A stretch of DNA of 64,000 nucleotides from Balanoglossus misakiensis (taxonomy: Eukaryota > Animalia > Hemichordata): contig CM082593.2 of NCBI GenBank assembly GCA_040954595.2, positions 7,476,043 through 7,540,042 of the forward strand. The letters run 5' to 3'. Below are positions 10,132 to 24,300 of this stretch, piece by piece. Numbering within the stretch: the stretch's first letter is position 1; every line of letters begins with the position of its first letter. The position numbers and the translations under genes were made by a program. The notes below the pieces were generated by a model. That model had not been told where the DNA came from, did not search any database, and saw only the letters and a list, made by a program, of their open reading frames with translations.

Positions 10132-11712
10132 GATGTTATATTCTTCTGGTAATGTTCTTCCTACGTCCAGATTTCTCGAGGAGAGCTTGGATTTTGCGAG
10201 TATGGTTAAAGTTACTTGGTGATCGTTGACTATATATACGCTCCATCTTCGTGTAAACTTGAGTGATGAGATAACGCAAAAAAGTTTAGGGAAAAATCGA
10301 AAATTCACAAGAGTTCATCTTGACCCTATGTGTTATCTTGGCCAGTTACATCACATTCTATATTTAGATTTCAAGTGTGTAAGGAAGGCCTTAGAATATC
10401 TCAATCAATCATGTGTATATAAAGCCCATTCATGTATTTGCCAGTCGTTATGCTTCCAAAAGACACACACCCATTTTATTCTTAGGGAAGATCTTAAATG
10501 TCCGTTCAAGAAAGCAATACTCAAACTGAATGCAATATAAAGCATGTTTGTTAACCTGTTCAGTGTTTGTGAAGGATTTCGAATACTATACACTACCGTT
10601 CCATTGCTGCGGGAAATAGCCCAAGTATTTGTATTGGTATATATTTCTCGTCACACACTTCCGCAGGCCTTATCAATGATACGTCGTCATCTGTAGTTGT
10701 CACAAAGGTCAATTGGCTGATAGTGGAAACGTTTAACGTGGCTGGCTATTACCCGTGGACACAGTCTCCTTGAAGTTTGCGCTGTAGTTAACATTTCAAT
10801 AAAGATATATAAGTATAGGATCAGAAAAAATGTTTCCATGGACACCATACGAAACCAGTGGCTGAATCGAAGTCTGGTCTAGTCTAGCCACATAAGAGGA
10901 CAGTATAGCTGTAACTTTTAGCCCTTTCTCAGTGTCAAGCTAGGTCGTTCGTTGATCGTAGAACTTGTGCTACTTCTGTTTAATCTTAAATGCATGATAG
11001 TATTCTGTTTGTCAGAACATGGTGTATATATGAAATTACCAGTGCTAAGGCTGACCTCAATGGCACGTACACACAAGCTGTGTCGACATGCTAATTACTA
11101 CATAGTTCATCGTACTCAGTCTAGGGAGTCGAACAAACTTTGGTTTTGATGCACAGAAGAAAAAATACTCGTTTGTTTGTTGTGTTCAAAAATACAATAC
11201 ACAACAACAAACAATAAATCGTGCAAGGATAACACAGAAAAATGCGAAGACTTATTTCCACTGAGCATGCTCAAATGAATCCAGTTGCTGGGTATTTTAT
11301 TTAAAAATAGAACTTCAAGTACAAGGTAAACAGACGTACTTTGTACATGCGAGATCAAGTGGTTTTGGAATTCGGTCGGGGCACGATTCGTATGTATTTT
11401 GAACTTGAGCTATTAATCATTGACCATAAACTTACTCTGTGTTTGGCTTCCGTGTGATGGTGGAGTATTCCTTATATTATATAAGTCTATATTGTCTAAA
11501 ATCTACCAATTTGTGTTTGAAGGACAAAGTTGCGTTACACAGGCAATAGGCTTACACCATCTTTTTCCGTCTGCACTGATCACATGTAAAGACCACACGA
11601 ACAAGGAATAGTTTGTACGAAAAAGGTTTATTTTTCCCAGAATTTTGAATTAAATACCCATGCGGACTCCACAAGCTACCTCAAAAGCAAGCTACAGCTT
11701 CCCTGTTGTTTT

Positions 11713-11840
11713 GTTTCCATGGAAATTTCAAACGTCACACGGAACTGCTCATCGCGGCAGTACGTGGGAGGAATCTCCAACGACGGAAGTTTTCACTCTT
11801 CACGCGTCGTGACTTTCCATAGCCGCTTTATTACAATAGA
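11713..11840. promoter_or_regulatory. Third copy of the upstream module, between divergent genes 3 and 4
   Basis: GTTTCCATGGAAA...ACGTGGGAGGAATCTCC..GACGGAAG...GTCGTGACTTTCC...ACAATAGAA. Confidence 0.5.
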
Positions 11841-13772
11841 ATGAGATCATCTCATTGTTCGACGATGCTTTCTGTTGTTATTAGTGGTTGCCTGGTGCCA
11901 GTACAGGGTTCCTTTGTAGTCGGTGCATTCCGAGAGCAGAATGGAAGATCAGTCATTCGAGAGAGCGCCTCCACCGACAGATCTCCACGCTCTGCAGCAA
12001 GACTGTGTAAATACTATGCGAATTAGCATAGTCGACCAAAGTACATGTAGTTGCTTAAAGAGCCGTCGAACGTCCTGTCTGATAATGTATTTGACAATTA
12101 ATGATATTGGCGACCGACTTCAAGGACGTTTGCGGAATTATGATTACAGAGTTTGCTGTCAGGGTCCGAGACCAATCATAGTAGGCCTATAGAGGAGGTT
12201 TAGTTACCGCAAAATGTATGGTTTGATCCACATACCTCCGAGTATTAGAGACTGTGTCATGTTATTCCACTATTTCGACGAATTCACAGAATTTCTGAGC
12301 TATGTAATTACATCAAAGCACAGTTACTCTGTGAACAAACTATCTGTGGTAATATGACAAGCAGTAGTTTAGTTTCAAAGAAGCAGCGTTTCGTTCCCTC
12401 ATCCGCAGTTGTTCGTCGAATCCGTGTTATTTGTGTACAAAAAGTAATCTCGCCCAACCCTAGACATACATGTATATATCAATACACGTAATTCACTTGT
12501 CAAGAGTTAATCACACCATGAAAAGGCTTCCGTAAAGCTACCTATGATCTACGTAAGAGAATATTGCATAATGAGAATAATAAATTTAAAATGGCGTCCA
12601 CTCAAACAGTGGAACGCCGCAGCGTAGCAACCGGTGACGGAGCCGGACTTCCGCCAATAATATAGGAACTTGACAAGCCCATGTTTACATACATCGAAGT
12701 CCATTTATTAATCCCTTGATCTCGCATCACAACTTTCATGATTTGTTAGTTTGTTTGTTTTTCTTCCGCATATGCTCAATGTTCACACAGTAAAACAATA
12801 TCAAAACACCATTAAAATGTCACCATTTAATATTAGTAGACACGACTACACATAACTTTTTGTAGTACTTAAAAAACAACTATGCCGAATTTTTTTTTTT
12901 CGTTGTAGCTTTCAGATCTTTTGTCAGCGATTTGTGTACACTAACATTTTGAAGATCTAATATTAGGAGTATAACATACAATTGTTCTCAAGCTTTATAT
13001 CTGAACGACAACGTGCATTTTCTCTAGAAAACACATTTCGATTTTATTCAGCACAGTCACAGACATACTGATATCTGTACGAATAACTGTTAACATTGTG
13101 AGTTTAAACGCCAATTTTTTTCTCCAGTCACGACATACAGATATATCCTTCATCAACTACCTGTGGAATAACCGAGCCTACTACGTACCGATTTATCTGT
13201 CGTGTATCGCTGATAGGAGTGCCCCGACAATCTCAACCCAATGACCTTTCATGATAAGCGGACATTCAGTTGTACGCTAGTTAATAAAACCAGCGGAAGT
13301 ACCTATCCGGATATACCCCATTTAATGGATTGATGAAAAAGACGGACTTCCTAGTGTTTGAAACGTTTCACGACCTTCTCCATTTTGACGAAGTCGTTCT
13401 CTTTCCCACACTTTTGCATGGTAAAAGTTTGAATGGGTTTTCAAAACAGCTACTAATTGGCCCGGCTTAACCCCATAGTGATATATAGCCCTGCCGTACC
13501 CAAACGCTCAGACGGAGGTTCAAAGTTTCCCCCAGGTATACAGGTATTCTAAAAATAGTCGTGATGTAACTGGTCGGAGATTTTTTATGGGGTGGAAGCT
13601 GTACCCAGCTTTCTGATTTTTCCCGAAAAACTTCGGCATTAGTTCATCATCCACTATGGTTGCAAACCGACATCGTCTATATAATCCACCGTCGAGTTCG
13701 TATGATAATAGACACCGCCATAAACGCAGAAAATAAACGTCATCCCGAGATTCGCCTGAAGAACATTCAAAC

Positions 13773-14703
13773 ATGGAATTTTTGTACCGATCATCAGTAA
13801 GTCATAATTACCGGCTAATGCTAAATGTTAACGCTTCTTGTGTTTTTGTGTGTGAGAGAGTGTGTTGTGGATTGGCCGGTTTAGTATGTTTCGGCCAATC
13901 TCAAACTCTGCGTTAAAATCTAGAACCTATAACAAGAATGTATGTCTTTCGTGGAAAACACTGGAAAAGGGAATTAAGTTCATTCAGTTTTACTTGCCGT
14001 TAAATCAGCTATAGTTTCCAGAACAGGACCACTAACTTGTCAGAAACAGAATCATAATTGAGCTGGCAATATAGTTTAATGCATCTGTGACAGTCTATTT
14101 TGTCTCAAATACCGAAGACATCTTCTGTTTTGATTGTTAGCGTCATGAGGATAGGTTTATATCTTTTAACATTTACACAAGTCACCTCATTATTAACAAA
14201 AAGAATTGTTCTGTCTACAGGTTGCAGCTATCTTCCTCATTTCTGTTATCGACAGTATCCATGGTAACCCAATCAACTGCCAACAGCCGAGCGAGGATGC
14301 TTTACAAGAGCAGCTGAACCAGTACACGCCAAATGTTCTTTCGTATGCCACCACTCCTGGGTCCTACAGCCCGCCCTCATCGACCACCTGCCCAATTTCG
14401 TATGGTTCAGGCGCCCCCTTGGAAATCAGATCGACCTGCCCTTACTACCACGTTGAAAACACAGACACCGACCGCTACCCACAAACCCTGGTTGAAGCCG
14501 AGTGCTACGATTGTCCGAACTGCATCACGGATCTCCTGGAAAGCAGCGACCACCATCCAATATGGCGGTGTGAGAAGATAACCACGGCTGACCTGACAGT
14601 CTTAGTGAAAACCAGCGCTTGTGACTCTGACGGGTTTTATGTCTACGAACCGACCACAGTGAAGCTGGCAGTGGCTTGTACTTGCGGGAGAGAAAGAGTT
14701 TAA
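13773..14703 (+). CDS. IL17: IL-17-like cytokine, gene 4 (exon 1 13773-13796 MEFLYRSS; exon 2 14221-14703; 168 aa)
   Basis: IL-17 signature. aaacATGG start, gtaagt donor, gtctacag acceptor. TATATAA at 13678-13684; AATAAA at 15308-15313. Confidence 0.88.
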
Positions 14704-14870
14704 ATGTAATGGCGGCATTTGTCGGTATAGTAAACACATACAAAATAATTAATACATTCTGTACGGTAAGGCGATCGGGTACTTAAAAAAAAACTAGCGT
14801 CTCACTAATTCATATTTGGTCAGTATATGTTTTCTTTGTATCTAGAAAACGATAACATCCCAAATGTTTG

Positions 14871-14970
14871 TACTTATTTATTATTTATGAATTTATTTAA
14901 AATTATTGTGTTTGAAAAACTACACAAACAAAACATTTACAACATTGTACAATTATTTATTTATTTATAA
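14871..14970 (+). promoter_or_regulatory. AU-rich elements (clustered AUUUA) in the gene 4 3'UTR
   Basis: ttatttattatttatgaatttatttaa and ttatttatttatttataa. A similar tract lies on the - strand at 1581-1600 (gene 1). Confidence 0.55.
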
Positions 14971-15070
14971 AATGTAATGTTCGTAGGTAGAATCGCATTT
15001 TGATGTCGAAATTAAGTTTTTTATGTATTAAGTTTTTAGAAATATTAATATTGTTATTTTGTCAATCCAC

Positions 15071-15203
15071 GCGCAAGTATTGCGTAAATATTGCCATTTG
15101 ATTCTAGCCGAATGACATTTACTGGTTAAACCAAAAAAGTGTTCGTCCAGGGTCATGGAGTGTCAGTTACGTTTTAGTGACATTTATGTCAGTTTTAAAA
15201 ACT
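15071..15203 (+). promoter_or_regulatory. Conserved structured 3'UTR module of IL-17 gene 4
   Basis: GCGCAAGUAUUGCGU (15071-15085); AUGAC..GUCAU (15112-15116/15152-15156); GUUAC-GUUUUA-GUGAC (15166-15181); AGUUU-UAA-AAACU (15191-15203). The module is inverted together with the gene. Confidence 0.8.
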
Positions 15204-15384
15204 CAATTTGCAGTTACACTCTTTGAGAGCTTTCCGATAAGTGTTAAGAAGTTTATATTTTTTGAAACCATTTCTAGTGAAATACATTATGAACTTGTTT
15301 TTATTTAAATAAACTTAAGAAAAGATACTATACCTATTGAAAATTTTTGTTCATTTTATTAAGATTACGTCATATGACAAAAGT

Positions 15385-18300
15385 TATGGCTGATGAAAAT
15401 TGGCAAAAATGACAAATTCTCGACTAAGCGAATTTTGATGATTTTGTCATTTTGGGCTATTTTTCATGGGTTATAGCTCATGAAAATTGTCAAAAATGAT
15501 AAATTACCGACTTTGCGAACTTTGGTGATTTTGTCTTTTTGGGATATTTTTCATAGGTTATTGCTCATGAAAATTGTTAAAAAAAACAACAACAAAATCT
15601 TGACCTTTCGAACTTTGGTAATTTTGTCATTTTGGGCTATTTTTCTTGGGTTATAGCTCATGAAAATTGTCAAAAATGACAATTTTTGACTTTGGGAATT
15701 ATCAAAATTTCTTCATTTTTGGCGAAAAACCATGGGTTATAGCCCATGAAAATCATCAAAAAATGTCAATTTTTCGACTTTGGGAATTATCAAATTTTCT
15801 TTATTTTTGGCGAAAAACCATGGGTTATAGCCCATGAAAATCATCAAAAAATGACAATTTTTCGACTTTGGGAATTATCAAAATTTCTTCATTTTTGGCG
15901 AAAAACCATGGGTTAGAGCCAATGAAAATCATCAAAAAATAACAATTTTTCGACTTTGGGAAGTATCAAAATTTCTTCATTTTCGGCGAAAAACCATGGG
16001 TTATAGCTCATGAAAATCATCAAAAAATGACAATTTTTCGACTTTGGGAAGTATCAAAATTTCTTCATTTTCGGCGAAAAACCATGGGTTATAGCCCATG
16101 AAAATCATCAAAAAATGACAATTTTTCGACTTTGGGAATTATCAAATTTTCTTTATTTTTGGCGAAAAACCATGGGTTATAGCCCATGAAAATCATCAAA
16201 AAATGACAATTTTTCGACTTTGGGAAGTATCAAAATTTCTTCATTTTCGGCGAAAAACCATGGGTTATAGCCCATGAAAATCATCAAAAAATGACAATTT
16301 TTCGACTTTGGGAAGTATCAAAATTTCTTCATTTTCGGCGAAAAACCATGGGTTATAGCCCATGAAAATCATCAAAAAATGACAATTTTTCGACTTTGGG
16401 AAGTATCAAAATTTCTTCATTTTCGGCGAAAAACCATGGATTATAGCCCATGAAAATCATCAAAAAATGACAATTTTTCGACTTTGGGAAGTATCAAAAT
16501 TTCTTCATTTTTGGCGAAAAACCATGGGTTATAGCCCATGAAAATCATCAAAAAATGACAATTTTTCGACTTTGGGAATTATCAAAATTTCTTCATTTTC
16601 GGCGAAAAACCATGGATTATAGCCCATGAAAATCATCAAAAAATGACAATTTTTCGACTTTGGGAAGTATCAAAATTTCTTCATTTTTGGCGAAAAACCA
16701 TGGGTTATAGCCCATGAAAATCATCAAAAAATGTCAATTTTTCGACTTTGGGAAGTATCAAAATTTCTTCATTTTTGGCGAAAAACCATGGGTTATAGCC
16801 CATGAAAATCATCAAAAAATGTCAATTTTTCGAATTTGGCAATTATCAAAATTTCTTCATTTTTGGCGAAAAACCATGGGTTATAGCCCATGAAAATCAT
16901 CAAAAAATGTCAATTTTTCGACTTTTGGAATTATCAAAATTTCTTCATTTTCGGCGAAAAACCATGGGTTATAGCCCATGAAAATCATCAAAAAATGTCC
17001 ATTTTTCGACTTTGGGAATTATCAAAATTTCTTCATTTTCGGCGAAAAACCATGGGTTATAGCCCATGAAAATCATCAAAAATGACAATTTTTCGACTTT
17101 GGGAAGTATCAAAATTTCTTCATTTTTGGCGAAAAACCATGGGTTATAGCCCATGAAAATCATCAAAAAATGACAATTTTTCGACTTTGGGAAGTATCAA
17201 AATTTCTTCATTTTCGGCGAAAAACCATGGGTTATAGCCCATGAAAATCATCAAAAAATGACAATTTTTCGACTTTGGGAAGTATCAAAATTTCTTCATT
17301 TTTGGCGAAAAACCATGGGTTATAGCCCATGAAAATCATCAAAAAATGACAATTTTTCGACTTTGGGAATTATCAAATTTTCTTTATTTTTGGCGAAAAA
17401 CCATTGGTTATAGCCCATGAAAATCATCAAAAAATGACAATTTTTCGACTTTGGGAATTATCAAAATTTCTTCATTTTTGGCGAAAAACCATGGGTTAGA
17501 GCCAATGAAAATCATCAAAAAATGACAATTTTTCGACTTTGGGAAGTATCAAAATTTCTTCATTTTCGGCGAAAAACCATGGGTTATAGCTCATGAAAAT
17601 CATCAAAAAATGACAATTTTTCGACTTTGGGAAGTATCAAAATTTCTTCATTTTCGGCGAAAAACCATGGGTTATAGCCCATGAAAATCATCAAAAAAAT
17701 GACAATTTTTCGACTTTGGGAATTATCAAATTTTCTTTATTTTTGGCGAAAAACCATGGGTTATAGCCCATGAAAATCATCAAAAAATGACAATTTTTCG
17801 ACTTTGGGAAGTATCAAAATTTCTTCATTTTCGGCGAAAAACCATGGGTTATAGCCCATGAAAATCATCAAAAAAAAACAATTTTTCGACTTTGGGAAGT
17901 ATCAAAATTTCTTCATTTTCGGCGAAAAACCATGGGTTATAGCCCATGAAAATCATCAAAAAATGACAATTTTTCGACTTTGGGAAGTATCAAAATTTCT
18001 TCATTTTCGGCGAAAAACCATGGATTATAGCCCATGAAAATCATCAAAAAATGACAATTTTTCGACTTTGGGAAGTATCAAAATTTCTTCATTTTTGGCG
18101 AAAAACCATGGGTTATAGCCCATGAAAATCATCAAAAAATGTCAATTTTTCGACTTTGGGAAGTATCAAAATTTCTTCATTTTTGGCGAAAAACCATGGG
18201 TTATAGCCCATGAAAATCATCAAAAAATGTCAATTTTTCGACTTTGGGAATTATCAAAATTTCTTCATTTTTGGCGAAAAACCATGGGTTATAGCCCATG

Positions 18301-21300
18301 AAAATCATCAAAAAATGTCAATTTTTCGACTTTGGGAAGTATGAAAATTTCTTCGTTTTTGGCGAAAAACCATGGGTTATAGCCCATGAAAATCATCAAA
18401 AAATGACAATTTTTCGACTTCGGGAAGTATCAAAATTTCTTCGTTTTTGGCGAAAAACCATGGGTTATAGCCCATGAAAATCATCAAAAAATGACAATTT
18501 TTCGACTTTGTGAAGTATCAAAATTTCTTCATTTTTGGCGAAAAACCATGGGTTATAGCCCATGAAAATCATCAAAAAATGACAATTTTTCGACTTTGGG
18601 AATTATCAAAATTTCTTCATTTTCGGCGAAAAACCATGGGTTATAGCCCATGAAAATCATCAAAAAATGACAATTTTTCGCCAAAAATGAAGAAATTTTG
18701 ATACTTCCCAAAGTCGAAAAATTGTCATTTTTTGATGATTTTCATGGGCTATAACCCATGGTTTTTCGCCAAAAATGAAGAAATTTTGATACTTCCCAAA
18801 GTCGAAAAATTGTCATTTTTTGATGATTTTCATGGGCTATAACCCATGGTTTTACGCCAAAAATGAAGAAATTTTGATACTTCCCAAAGTCGAAAAATTG
18901 TCATTTTTTGATGATTTTCATGGGCTATAACCCATGGTTTTTCACCAAAAATGAAGAAATTTTGATACTTCCCAAAGTCGAAAAATTGTCATTTTTGGCG
19001 AAAAACCATGGGTTATAGCCCATGAAAATCATCAAAAAATGTCAATTTTTCGACTTTGGGAAGTATCAAAATTTCTTCATTTTTGGCGAAAAACCATGGG
19101 TTATAGCCCATGAAAATCATCAAAAAATGACAATTTTTCGACTTTGGGAATTATCAAATTTTCTTTATTTTTGGCGAAAAACCATGGGTTATAGCCCATG
19201 AAAATCATCAAAAAATGACAATTTTTCGACTTTGGGAATTATCAAAATTTCTTCATTTTTGGCGAAAAACCATGGGTTAGAGCCAATGAAAATCATCAAA
19301 AAATAACAATTTTTCGACTTTGGGAAGTATCAAAATTTCTTCATTTTCGGCGAAAAACCATGGGTTATAGCTAATGAAAATCATCAAAAAATGACAATTT
19401 TTCGACTTTGGGAAGTATCAAAGTTTCTTCATTTTCGGCGAAAAACCATGGGTTATAGCCCATGAAAATCATCAAAAAATGACAATTTTTCGACTTTGGG
19501 AATTATCAAATTTTCTTTATTTTTGGCGAAAAACCATGGGTTATAGCCCATGAAAATCATCAAAAAATGACAATTTTTCGACTTTGGGAAGTATCAAAAT
19601 TTCTTCATTTTCGGCGAAAAACCATGGGTTATAGCCCATGAAAATCATCAAAAAATGACAATTTTTCGACTTTGGGAAGTATCAAAATTTCTTCATTTTC
19701 GGCGAAAAACCATGGATTATAGCCCATGAAAATCATCAAAAAATGACAATTTTTCGACTTTGGGAAGTATCAAAATTTCTTCATTTTCGGCGAAAAACCA
19801 TGGATTATAGCCCATGAAAATCATCAAAAAATGACAATTTTTCGACTTTGGGAAGTATCAAAATTTCTTCATTTTTGGCGAAAAACCATGGGTTATAGCC
19901 CATGAAAATCATCAAAAAATGTCAATTTTTCGACTTTGGGAATTATCAAAATTTCTTCATTTTTGGCGAAAAACCATGGGTTATAGCCCATGAAAATCAT
20001 CAAAAAATGTCAATTTTTCGACTTTGGGATGTATGAAAATTTCTTCGTTTTTGGCGAAAAACCATGGGTTATAGCCCATGAAAATCATCAAAAAATGACA
20101 ATTTTTCGACTTCGGGAAGTATCAAAATTTCTTCGTTTTTGGCGAAAAACCATGGGTTATAGCCCATGAAAATCATCAAAAAATGACAATTTTTCGACTT
20201 TGTGAAGTATCAAAATTTCTTCATTTTTGGCGAAAAACCATGGGTTATAGCCCATGAAAATCATCAAAAAATGACAATTTTTCGACTTTGGGAATTATCA
20301 AAATTTCTTCATTTTCGGCGAAAAACCATGGGTTATAGCCCATGAAAATCATCAAAAAATGACAATTTTTCGCCAAAAATGAAGAAATTTTGATACTTCC
20401 CAAAGTCGAAAAATTGCCATTTTTTGATGATTTTCATGGGCTATAACCCATGGTTTTTCGCCAAAAATGAAGAAATTTTGATACTTCCCAAAGTCGAAAA
20501 ATTGTCATTTTTTGATGATTTTCATGGGCTATAACCCATGGTTTTTCGCCAAAAATGAAGAAATTTTGATACTTCCCAAAGTCGAAAAATTGTCATTTTT
20601 TGATGATTTTCATGGGCTATAACCCATGGTTTTTCACCAAAAATGAAGAAATTTTGATACTTCCCAAAGTCGAAAAATTGTCATTTTTGGCGAAAAACCA
20701 TGGGTTATAGCCCATGAAAATCATCAAAAAATGTCAATTTTTCGACTTTGGGAAGTATCAAAATTTCTTCATTTTTGGCGAAAAACCATGGGTTATAGCC
20801 CATGAAAATCATCAAAAAATGACAATTTTTCGACTTTGGGAATTATCAAATTTTCTTTATTTTTGGCGAAAAACCATGGGTTATAGCCCATGAAAATCAT
20901 CAAAAAATGACAATTTTTCGACTTTGGGAATTATCAAAATTTCTTCATTTTTGGCGAAAAACCATGGGTTAGAGCCAATGAAAATCATCAAAAAATAACA
21001 ATTTTTCGACTTTGGGAAGTATCAAAATTTCTTCATTTTCGGCGAAAAACCATGGGTTATAGCTCATGAAAATCATCAAAAAATGACAATTTTTCGACTT
21101 TGGGAAGTATCAAAGTTTCTTCATTTTCGGCGAAAAACCATGGGTTATAGCCCATGAAAATCATCAAAAAATGACAATTTTTCGACTTTGGGAATTATCA
21201 AATTTTCTTTATTTTTGGCGAAAAACCATGGGTTATAGCCCATGAAAATCATCAAAAAATGACAATTTTTCGACTTTGGGAAGTATCAAAATTTCTTCAT

Positions 21301-24300
21301 TTTCGGCGAAAAACCATGGGTTATAGCCCATGAAAATCATCAAAAAATGACAATTTTTCGACTTTGGGAAGTATCAAAATTTCTTCATTTTCGGCGAAAA
21401 ACCATGGATTATAGCCCATGAAAATCATCAAAAAATGTCAATTTTTCGACTTTGGGAATTATCAAAATTTCTTCATTTTTGGCGAAAAACCATGGGTTAT
21501 AGCCCATGAAAATCATCAAAAAATGACAATTTTTCGACTTTGGGAAGTATCAAAATTTCTTCATTTTCGGCGAAAAACCATGGGTTATAGCCCATGAAAA
21601 TCATCAAAAAAAAACAATTTTTTGACTTTGGGAAGTATCAAAATTTCTTCATTTTCGGCGAAAAACCATGGGTTATAGCCCATGAAAATCATCAAAAAAT
21701 GACAATTTTTCGACTTTGGGAAGTATCAAAATTTCTTCATTTTCGGCGAAAAACCATGGATTATAGCCCATGAAAATCATCAAAAAATGACAATTTTTCG
21801 ACTTTGGGAAGTATCAAAATTTCTTCATTTTTGGCGAAAAACCATGGGTTATAGCCCATGAAAATCATCAAAAAATGTCAATTTTTCGACTTTGGGAAGT
21901 ATCAAAATTTCTTCATTTTTGGCGAAAAACCATGGGTTATAGCCCATGAAAATCATCAAAAAATGTCAATTTTTCGACTTTGGGAATTATCAAAATTTCT
22001 TCATTTTTGGCGAAAAACCATGGGTTATAGCCCATGAAAATCATCAAAAAATGTCAATTTTTCGACTTTGGGAAGTATGAAAATTTCTTCGTTTTTGGCG
22101 AAAAACCATGGGTTATAGCCCATGAAAATCATCAAAAAATGACAATTTTTCGACTTCGGGAAGTATCAAAATTTCTTCGTTTTTGGCGAAAAACCATGGG
22201 TTATAGCCCATGAAAATCATCAAAAAATGACAATTTTTCGACTTTGTGAAGTATCAAAATTTCTTCATTTTTGGCGAAAAACCATGGGTTATAGCCCATG
22301 AAAATCATCAAAAAATGACAATTTTTCGACTTTGGGAATTATCAAAATTTCTTCATTTTCGGCGAAAAACCATGGGTTATAGCCCATGAAAATCATCAAA
22401 AAATGACAATTTTTCGCCAAAAATGAAGAAATTTTGATACTTCCCAAAGTCGAAAAATTGTCATTTTTTGATGATTTTCATGGGCTATAACCCATGGTTT
22501 TTCGCCAAAAATGAAGAAATTTTGATACTTCCCAAAGTCGAAAAATTGTCATTTTTTGATGATTTTCATGGGCTATAACCCATGGTTTTTCGCCAAAAAT
22601 GAAGAAATTTTGATACTTCCCAAATTCGAAAAATTGTCATTTTTTGATGATTTTCATGGGCTATAACCCATGGTTTTTCACCAAAAATGAAGAAATTTTG
22701 ATACTTCCCAAAGTCGAAAAATTGTCATTTTTGGCGAAAAACCATGGGTTATAGCCCATGAAAATCATCAAAAAATGTCAATTTTTCGACTTTGGGAAGT
22801 ATCAAAATTTCTTCATTTTTGGCGAAAAACCATGGGTTATAGCCCATGAAAATCATCAAAAAATGACAATTTTTCGACTTTGGGAATTATCAAATTTTCT
22901 TTATTTTTGGCGAAAAACCATGGGTTATAGCCCATGAAAATCATCAAAAAATGACAATTTTTCGACTTTGGGAATTATCAAAATTTCTTCATTTTTGGCG
23001 AAAAACCATGGGTTAGAGCCAATGAAAATCATCAAAAAATAACAATTTTTCGACTTTGGGAAGTATCAAAATTTCTTCATTTTCGGCGAAAAACCATGGG
23101 TTATAGCTCATGAAAATCATCAAAAAATGACAATTTTTCGACTTTGGGAAGTATCAAAGTTTCTTCATTTTCGGCGAAAAACCATGGGTTATAGCCCATG
23201 AAAATCATCAAAAAATGACAATTTTTCGACTTTGGGAATTATCAAATTTTCTTTATTTTTGGCGAAAAACCATGGGTTATAGCCCATGAAAATCATCAAA
23301 AAATGACAATTTTTCGACTTTGGGAAGTATCAAAATTTCTTCATTTTCGGCGAAAAACCATGGGTTATAGCCCATGAAAATCATCAAAAAATGACAATTT
23401 TTCGACTTTGGGAAGTATCAAAATTTCTTCATTTTCGGCGAAAAACCATGGATTATAGCCCATGAAAATCATCAAAAAATGACAATTTTTCGACTTTGGG
23501 AAGTATCAAAATTTCTTCATTTTCGGCGAAAAACCATGGATTATAGCCCATGAAAAGCATCAAAAAATGACAATTTTTCGACTTTGGGAAGTATCAAAAT
23601 TTCTTCATTTTTGGCGAAAAACCATGGGTTATAGCCCATGAAAATCATCAAAAAATGTCAATTTTTCGACTTTGGGAATTATCAAAATTTCTTCATTTTT
23701 GGCGAAAAACCATGGGTTATAGCCCATGAAAATCATCAAAAAATGTCAATTTTTCGACTTTGGGAAGTATGAAAATTTCTTCGTTTTTGGCGAAAAACCA
23801 TGGGTTATAGCCCATGAAAATCATCAAAAAATGACAATTTTTCGACTTCGGGAAGTATCAAAATTTCTTCGTTTTTGGCGAAAAACCATGGGTTATAGCC
23901 CATGAAAATCATCAAAAAATGACAATTTTTCGACTTTGTGAAGTATCAAAATTTCTTCATTTTTGGCGAAAAACCATGGGTTATAGCCCATGAAAATCAT
24001 CAAAAAATGACAATTTTTCGACTTTGGGAATTATCAAAATTTCTTCATTTTCGGCGAAAAACCATGGGTTATAGCCCATGAAAATCATCAAAAAATGACA
24101 ATTTTTCGCCAAAAATGAAGAAATTTTGATACTTCCCAAAGTCGAAAAATTGCCATTTTTTGATGATTTTCATGGGCTATAACCCATGGTTTTTCGCCAA
24201 AAATGAAGAAATTTTGATACTTCCCAAAGTCGAAAAATTGTCATTTTTTGATGATTTTCATGGGCTATAACCCATGGTTTTTCGCCAAAAATGAAGAAAT

